64,000 nucleotides of DNA from the NCBI GenBank assembly GCA_963726965.1, contig CAVSEI010000006.1, forward strand, positions 454,448 through 518,447, given 5' to 3'. This document shows, in pieces, positions 58,631 to 64,000 of this stretch. Both the position numbers and the translations under genes were made by a program. The first letter of the stretch is position 1. Every line of letters starts with the position of its first letter. The notes under the pieces were generated by a model. That model was not told the origin of the DNA, made no database searches, and saw only the letters and a program-made list of their open reading frames with translations. Source of the DNA: an uncultured Actinomycetes bacterium (GTDB taxonomy: Bacteria > Actinomycetota > Acidimicrobiia > IMCC26256 > DASPTH01).

Positions 58631-60637
58631 TCAGGTGTTGGTGAGCAGGATGGCGAGGCTCAGGAGACCCACCGCAGCGAACATGAGCAGTGCGTACCGC
58701 TGCACGCGGCCCGACTGGAAATAGCGCAGGAGACCACCGCTCTCGCCGGTGATCTCGGCGACGCCGTTGACCGCGCCGTCGACACCCTTCTGATCAAGGG
58801 TGTTGTAGGCGAAGTCGCCGACCGACTTGGCGCCGCGCCCGGCGCCGTTGATGACCGCATCGATGACGTTCTGGTTGACCCAGTACGCGCCGCGGGCGAT
58901 ACCGCCCTTGATCGATGCGACGATGACGCCTTCGTACAGTGCGTCGAGGTAGTACTTGTTCTCCAGGAACATGTAGCCCACGTGCGCGGCCTTGTTGCGT
59001 TGAGTGAGCCCCTTGAAAAACCCGAGCTCTTCACGGCGGAACCAGAAGAACGCCGCGATCCCGATGCCGAGCGCGGCAACCGACACGGAGATGATCGCCT
59101 TCGGGTAGTCGAACTCCGGATGGACCAGCGCGGGGAACGACACGTGCGGTTCGACCCACTCGGCGAACTTCTCGACGTGGATCGCCGCCGCGTTCAGGAA
59201 TCCGGCAAGGATCGAGAACACGGAAAGGATGATGAGCGGCACCGTGATCGCGGGCTCGGACTCGTGCGGATGCCCGTGGCCGCGGTACTCACCGAAGAAG
59301 GTGAGGTACACGCAGCGGGTCATGTAGGCCGCGGTGAGGAACGCACCGACGAGGCCGACGACGAGGAAGAAGTCGTACCCGGACCTCCCCGCGGTCACCA
59401 GGATCTCGTCCTTCGACCAGAACCCCGCGAACGGGAAGATGCCTGCCAGCGCCAGGGTGCCGATCATGAACGTCCAGAAGGTGATCGGCATGTACTTGCG
59501 CAGGCCGCCCATGTCCTTCTTCATGTCGAAGGAGTGGTGGGAGCCGGAGTGGCTCACCGACCCGGCACCGAGGAAGAGCAGCGCCTTGAAGAACGCGTGG
59601 GTGAAGAGGTGGAACACCGCGGCCACCCAGGCGCCGGCGCCCAACGCCATGACCATGTAGCCGAGCTGCGAGATCGTGGAGTACGCGAGCACCTTCTTGA
59701 TGTCGTCCTGCACGAACGCGAGGACGGCGCCGATGATGATCGTGATGCCGCCGATCAGCACCATGAAGTTCACGCCCCCGGCCGCGATCGAGAACCCGTT
59801 GAAAAACACCGGGTACAGGCGGGCACCGAGGTAGACGCCGGCGACGACCATGGTCGCGGCGTGGATGAGCGCGGACACCGGCGTGGGACCCGCCATGGCG
59901 TCCGGGAGCCAGGTGTGGAGCGGGAACTGACCGCTCTTGCCGATGATGCCGATGAAGAGGCACGCGGAAGCGGCGAGCAGCATCCCGTGGTCGGCACCCG
60001 GACTCAGCGCGTAGGCGTTGCTCACACCGATGTTGAAGCTGCCCACGGTGAAGAAGAGGATGATGATCCCGATCATCAGACCGATGTCGCCGGTGCGGGT
60101 GGTGAGGAAGGCCTTGAGCGCGGCGGCGCTGTTCTCCTTCTCCTCCCACCAGTGCCCGATCAGCGCGAACGAGCAGAGCCCGACGCCTTCCCACCCGACG
60201 AGGAGCTCCAGCGTGTTGTCCGACACGACCAGCAGGAGCATCGCAGCGGTGAAGAGGCTGAGCATCGCGTAGTAGTGGGTGAAGCGGATGTCGTCGTGCA
60301 TGTACACGGTGGAGTAGATGTGCACCAGCAGCGAGATCAAGGTGACGACGAAGAGCATCATCACCGCGAGGCCGTCCATGCGGATGCCGACACCGAAGTC
60401 GATCCCCCCGTTCTGCCACCACGTGATGTGGTGCAGCACGGGTTGGACGCGTTCGCTGGTCGCGGAGTCGACCCGGTCGATCCACTGGTAGACCGCGACG
60501 CACGAGAGGACGAACGACGCGCCGACGGCAACGATGCCGATCTCGGAACCGTGGCGCGGCATGCGCTTCCCGAAGAAGAGGATCAGGCAGAAGGACACCG
60601 CAGGGATGACCGGGATGATCCAGCCGTAATTCAGCAC
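58631..60637 (-). CDS. nuoL: NADH-quinone oxidoreductase subunit L
   Basis: 668 aa. ...QFPLHTWLPDAMAGPTPVSALIHAATMV... with a long C-terminal [12 protein letters not shown] region. Confidence 0.9.
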   Translation of the reverse strand: MLNYGWIIPVIPAVSFCLILFFGKRMPRHGSEIGIVAVGASFVLSCVAVYQWIDRVDSATSERVQPVLHHITWWQNGGIDFGVGIRMDGLAVMMLFVVTLISLLVHIYSTVYMHDDIRFTHYYAMLSLFTAAMLLLVVSDNTLELLVGWEGVGLCSFALIGHWWEEKENSAAALKAFLTTRTGDIGLMIGIIILFFTVGSFNIGVSNAYALSPGADHGMLLAASACLFIGIIGKSGQFPLHTWLPDAMAGPTPVSALIHAATMVVAGVYLGARLYPVFFNGFSIAAGGVNFMVLIGGITIIIGAVLAFVQDDIKKVLAYSTISQLGYMVMALGAGAWVAAVFHLFTHAFFKALLFLGAGSVSHSGSHHSFDMKKDMGGLRKYMPITFWTFMIGTLALAGIFPFAGFWSKDEILVTAGRSGYDFFLVVGLVGAFLTAAYMTRCVYLTFFGEYRGHGHPHESEPAITVPLIILSVFSILAGFLNAAAIHVEKFAEWVEPHVSFPALVHPEFDYPKAIISVSVAALGIGIAAFFWFRREELGFFKGLTQRNKAAHVGYMFLENKYYLDALYEGVIVASIKGGIARGAYWVNQNVIDAVINGAGRGAKSVGDFAYNTLDQKGVDGAVNGVAEITGESGGLLRYFQSGRVQRYALLMFAAVGLLSLAILLTNT

Positions 60638-60644
60638 GTCGAGA

Positions 60645-60945
60645 TCAGCCCTTCAACTGGTCGACATCGTCGAGATCGACAGTGTGCGCGTTGCGGTAGA
60701 TCAACAGCACGATCGCCAGACCGATCCCGACCTCGGCGGCCGCGATCGTGATGATGAACAACGCGAACACCTGGCCGGCAACCACCCGGTGGAAGGCGGA
60801 GTACGCCACGAGATTGATGTTCACCGCGTTCAGCATCAGTTCGATGCTCATGAGGACGAGCACGGCGTTCCTCCGGGCGAGGACGCCGTAGATCCCGGTG
60901 CAGAACAGGAACGCGCTCGAGAATGAGGAAGTTGTTGAGGGCCAT
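60645..60945 (-). CDS. nuoK: NADH-quinone oxidoreductase subunit K, frame broken near 60914-60920 as given
   Basis: MALNNFLIL, then [39 protein letters not shown]... in the next frame. Length minus 1 nt gives 99 aa. Confidence 0.85.
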
Positions 60946-60949
60946 CGCG

Positions 60950-61474
60950 CTAGTCCCTCCGCGCGATCACGACGGCGCCGACCAGCGCGGCCAGGAGCAA
61001 CATCGACACGACCTCGAACGGCACGAGGTAGTCGCGGAAGATGCTCGACGCGATGGTGCTCGAGCGCCCGATCGCGACGAGATCGCCCTTCAGTGCGATC
61101 TCTTTACCGCTGTAGGCGTCGATGAGGAGCGCGGTGATGACGCCGAAGAGAAAGAGGCTGACCGCGCCGGCGGCGACCCGCTGGTCGTTGTCGAGCTTGC
61201 CGTCAGCGCCCATCGGCGCGCGCGTGAGCATGATGCCGAAGAGGAACAGGATGACGATGGCACCGATGTAGATGAGCACCTGCACCCAGGCCACGAACTC
61301 GGCGGCGACGAGGATGTACTGCGCCGCCGCGCCGGCGAGGACGATCACCAGGAACAGCGCCGCGTGCACGACGTTCTGTGAGCGCACCACGCCGATGGCC
61401 GCGGCGGCCATCGAGATCGCCAGGATCCAGAACGCGACGCTCTGCGCCACCATGGTGCTCACGACGATCGGCAT
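60950..61474 (-). CDS. nuoJ: NADH-quinone oxidoreductase subunit J
   Basis: ATG at 61474. 174 aa hydrophobic protein in the nuoJ position. Confidence 0.85.
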   Translation of the reverse strand: MPIVVSTMVAQSVAFWILAISMAAAAIGVVRSQNVVHAALFLVIVLAGAAAQYILVAAEFVAWVQVLIYIGAIVILFLFGIMLTRAPMGADGKLDNDQRVAAGAVSLFLFGVITALLIDAYSGKEIALKGDLVAIGRSSTIASSIFRDYLVPFEVVSMLLLAALVGAVVIARRD

Positions 61475-61476
61475 GG

Positions 61477-61971
61477 TTACTTCTTCACCTCGGCGCCGAT
61501 CTCGAGCGGCTCGGGAACGGGAACGGATTCCATCCATTCGCCGAGCTTGCGCTTGTCGTGCAGCAGGTTGGCGATGTTGGACTCGGAGTACTCGTAGTCA
61601 GGACTCCAGAACAACGCGTCGAACGGGCAGACCTCGACGCAGATACCGCAGTACATGCAGAGCGCGTAGTCGATGTCGAAGCGATCGAGCACGCTCACCG
61701 TACGGTCGCGTCCGCCCTCACGACGCGGCGGACGTTTCTCCTTGTGGCCCTCGATGTAGATGCACCAGTCGGGGCACGATCGCCCACAGAGCATGCAGAC
61801 CGTGCAGTTCTCTTCCTTCAGCGCGATCACACCGCGTGCACGCGTCGGCGGGTCTTCCCGCTCGTGGGGGTACTGCACCGTCACCGCCGGCCGCAGCATC
61901 GTCTTGAACGTGATGCCGAGACCGCTGATGACGCCGGGGACCTTGGGCTTCTTCATCGTGAATATTCCCAT
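61477..61971 (-). CDS. nuoI: NADH-quinone oxidoreductase subunit I (2x[4Fe-4S]); possible 36-aa N-terminal extension from ATG 62079
   Basis: MGIFTMKKPKVPG... with CTVCMLCGRSCP and CMYCGICVEVCP. The frame stays open upstream through repeat copy C to a second ATG that overlaps the nuoH stop. Confidence 0.9.
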   Translation of the reverse strand: MGIFTMKKPKVPGVISGLGITFKTMLRPAVTVQYPHEREDPPTRARGVIALKEENCTVCMLCGRSCPDWCIYIEGHKEKRPPRREGGRDRTVSVLDRFDIDYALCMYCGICVEVCPFDALFWSPDYEYSESNIANLLHDKRKLGEWMESVPVPEPLEIGAEVKK

Positions 61972-62078
61972 CAGAACGCCACCTTCATCATGGCGTCGCT
62001 CACTGCGAGCCGGGATACCCGGCTCGCGGCCGTTTGCTCCACCGCGTACCTCTCCCGCGTCTCGGCTCCGCCTGCCCA
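61972..62078 (-). repeat. palindromic intergenic repeat element, copy C (nuoH-nuoI junction)
   Basis: Palindrome GCGAGCCGGGATACCCGGCTCGC at 62005-62027. 16-bp direct repeat CCCATCAGAACGCCAC at 61967-61982 and 62075-62090, exactly 108 bp apart. Confidence 0.7.
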
Positions 62079-63122
62079 TCAGAACGCCACTTTGAAAACA
62101 CCCGTGAGGAGGATGTTGATCAGGCCGATCGGGATGAGGAACTTCCACGCCAGGGCCTGCAGCTGGTCTTCGCGCAGTCGTGGGTAGGTGAAGCGCACCC
62201 AGAACATGAGGAACGAGACCGCCATGATCTTGGCGAACAGGACACCGGGGCCGAGGAAGCGCATGACGCCGTCGGAGATCCCCCACGACGCGGGGAGCGC
62301 CCAGCCTCCGAGGAACAGCGTCGCCGCGATCGCGGAAAACGCGAACGCGGTGCCGAACTCGCCGATGAAGAAGAAGAGAAACCGGAAGCCGGTGTACTCG
62401 ACCATGTACCCCGCGACGAGTTCGCTCTCGGCGACCGGCATGTCGAACGGCGTCTGCGTGAGCTCGGCCTGCGACGCGATCAGGAAGAGGGCGAACCCGA
62501 CGAACTGGGTGAGGATGAACGGGAAGCCGAGGCCGCTCCACCCGAAGATCGAGCCGTTGCTCTGCACCAGCACGATGCCCTGCAGGCTCATGGTGCCCGC
62601 CTGGATGACCACGCCGACGACTGCGAGGAGGAGCGGCAACTCGTAGGCGATCAGCTGCACGGCGGCGCGCAGCACGCCGAGCAGCGAGAACTTGTTGGCG
62701 CTGGCCCACCCGGCCATGAGCACGCCGACGACCGAGAGGCTCGACACCGCCAGTGCGTAGAACACGCCGACGTTGAGGTCCTTGACGATGATGTCGGGCC
62801 CCGCCGGGATCACGAGGAAGATCAAGAACGTCGAGATGACGACGACGGCCGGCGCGAACGCGAAGACACGCTTGTCGGCCCGGGCCGGAATGATGTCTTC
62901 CTTCTGGATGAACTTGATGCCGTCACCGACGAGCTGGAACCAGCCGTGGAAGCCGCCCGGGTCCATGGGACCGAGACGGCTCTGCATGTGGCTCATCATC
63001 TTGAGGAGGAACACGTAGCCGAGCACCAGGGCGGTGAGCGGCACGATCATCAGGATGAAGACCGTCTTGATCGCGAGGGTGGTGCCCCACCCGATGTCGA
63101 GCGCGAGCAGTGAATGGATCAC
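62079..63122 (-). CDS. nuoH: NADH-quinone oxidoreductase subunit H
   Basis: 347 aa polytopic. ...YELPLLLAVVGVVIQAGTMSLQ..., ...FRFLFFFIGEF... Confidence 0.9.
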   Translation of the reverse strand: MIHSLLALDIGWGTTLAIKTVFILMIVPLTALVLGYVFLLKMMSHMQSRLGPMDPGGFHGWFQLVGDGIKFIQKEDIIPARADKRVFAFAPAVVVISTFLIFLVIPAGPDIIVKDLNVGVFYALAVSSLSVVGVLMAGWASANKFSLLGVLRAAVQLIAYELPLLLAVVGVVIQAGTMSLQGIVLVQSNGSIFGWSGLGFPFILTQFVGFALFLIASQAELTQTPFDMPVAESELVAGYMVEYTGFRFLFFFIGEFGTAFAFSAIAATLFLGGWALPASWGISDGVMRFLGPGVLFAKIMAVSFLMFWVRFTYPRLREDQLQALAWKFLIPIGLINILLTGVFKVAF

Positions 63123-63132
63123 CGGTGGCGCC

Positions 63133-64000
63133 TCATCGGTCGATGTCTCCGAGGATGAAGTACAACGACGCCAGGATGGTGATGACGTCGGGGACGAACA
63201 CCCCGCGGAGCAACCACGGCAGGATCGACACGTTGCTGAAGGACGCCGAACGGATCTTCACCCGGAACGGGCCGGTCGCGCCCTTGGACACGACGTAGTA
63301 CCCCATCTGGCCGAGGGGGTTCTCGGTCTCGACCCAGGCCTCACCCTCGGGCACCTTGATGATGCGAGGGACCTTGGCCATGATCGGCCCGGCGGGCATC
63401 TGCTCCAACATCTGCAGCACCATGCGTGCCGACTCACGCGTCTCCTGCAGTCGCACCCAGTACCGCGCGAACGAGTCGCCGTCGGGATGCGTCCAGACCT
63501 TGAAGTCGAGCTCCGGGTAGACGAGATAGGGCTTGCCGTCGCGCCGGAGATCCCAGTCGACCCCCGAGGCGCGGATGTTGGAGCCCGACACGCCGTAGGC
63601 CGCGCCGAGCTCCGGCGGAATGATCCCGATCGACCGGGTGCGGGCCTGGAAGATCTCGTTGCCGACGAGGAGATCCTCGAACGTGTCGCACGCGTCGAAG
63701 ATCGTCTTCATCGCGGTGCGGGTGTCGTTGATCCAACCCCAGGGGAGATCGTCCTTGACGCCACCGATGCGGTTGAAGTTGGGGTGGAACCGACCACCGG
63801 TCGCGGCCTCGATGAGGTTGAGGATGTGCTCGCGGTCACGGAAGCCGTAGAACGCGGGCGTGAGCGCGCCGACCTGGAGACCCATCTCACCCAGGAAGAG
63901 CACGAAGGTGGCGATCCGGCTCAGCTCGGTGAGGATGGTGCGGATGTACTGGGCGCGTGGTGGCGCCTGCACGTCCATGAGCATCTCGGCCGCGTCGATG
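63133..64000 (-). CDS. nuoD: NADH-quinone oxidoreductase subunit D, C-terminal part (5' end beyond window)
   Basis: The frame is open to the window edge. ...RIGGVKDDLP..., ...ETENPLGQMGYYVVSKG..., ends ...LASLYFILGDIDR. 10 nt from the nuoH start. Confidence 0.88.
   Translation of the reverse strand, partial: IDAAEMLMDVQAPPRAQYIRTILTELSRIATFVLFLGEMGLQVGALTPAFYGFRDREHILNLIEAATGGRFHPNFNRIGGVKDDLPWGWINDTRTAMKTIFDACDTFEDLLVGNEIFQARTRSIGIIPPELGAAYGVSGSNIRASGVDWDLRRDGKPYLVYPELDFKVWTHPDGDSFARYWVRLQETRESARMVLQMLEQMPAGPIMAKVPRIIKVPEGEAWVETENPLGQMGYYVVSKGATGPFRVKIRSASFSNVSILPWLLRGVFVPDVITILASLYFILGDIDR

Noticed and set aside
61477-62709. 410-aa ORF in the track spanning nuoI and part of nuoH.
   Set aside because: Upstream of 62079 it is an out-of-frame read of nuoH (Arg/Pro-rich nonsense). 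Only the NuoI part, plus possibly the 36 codons through repeat copy C, is meaningful.

Overview
GC-rich, actinobacterial-type chromosomal segment, probably Actinomycetota and possibly Acidimicrobiia-like (taxonomy is inference only). It is dominated by the translation/transcription gene neighbourhood, almost all on the minus strand. Gene order read on the minus strand from 64000 downwards: (1) a nuo cluster in which nuoD is followed directly by nuoH-I-J-K-L-M-N, with no nuoEFG; (2) a MidA/NDUFAF7-like methyltransferase, acs, a HAD phosphatase and htpX, with yajQ and a GNAT on the plus strand; (3) tRNA-Tyr, tRNA-Thr, tRNA-Met and rpmG; (4) a 6-kb cassette of ECF sigma, anti-sigma, a small exported protein and a 1473-aa Ig-repeat protein; (5) tRNA-Trp, secE, nusG, rplKA and rplJL; (6) a plus-strand toxin-antitoxin pair; (7) rpoB-rpoC; (8) a plus-strand antitoxin/MazF/GNAT trio; (9) rpsL-rpsG-fusA-tuf-rpsJ; (10) a 4.9-kb unrelated island that splits rpsJ from rplC; (11) the rest of the S10, spc and alpha operons through rplQ-truA; (12) an erythrin-VIT1 iron transporter, an L,D-transpeptidase and a truncated AP-superfamily gene. 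Most notable observations: the sigma-controlled surface-protein cassette; a small palindromic repeat family inserted at three intercistronic junctions of essential operons, one copy being an in-frame 108-bp insertion with a 16-bp target duplication; two Phd-family TA modules bracketing rpoBC; a 17-nt homopolymer plus a 20-bp hairpin between rpoB and rpoC; a CTG start for infA; and twelve single-base frame breaks in conserved genes that most likely reflect sequence errors. All product calls come from my own reading of the translations (motif and family recognition). No database search was run.
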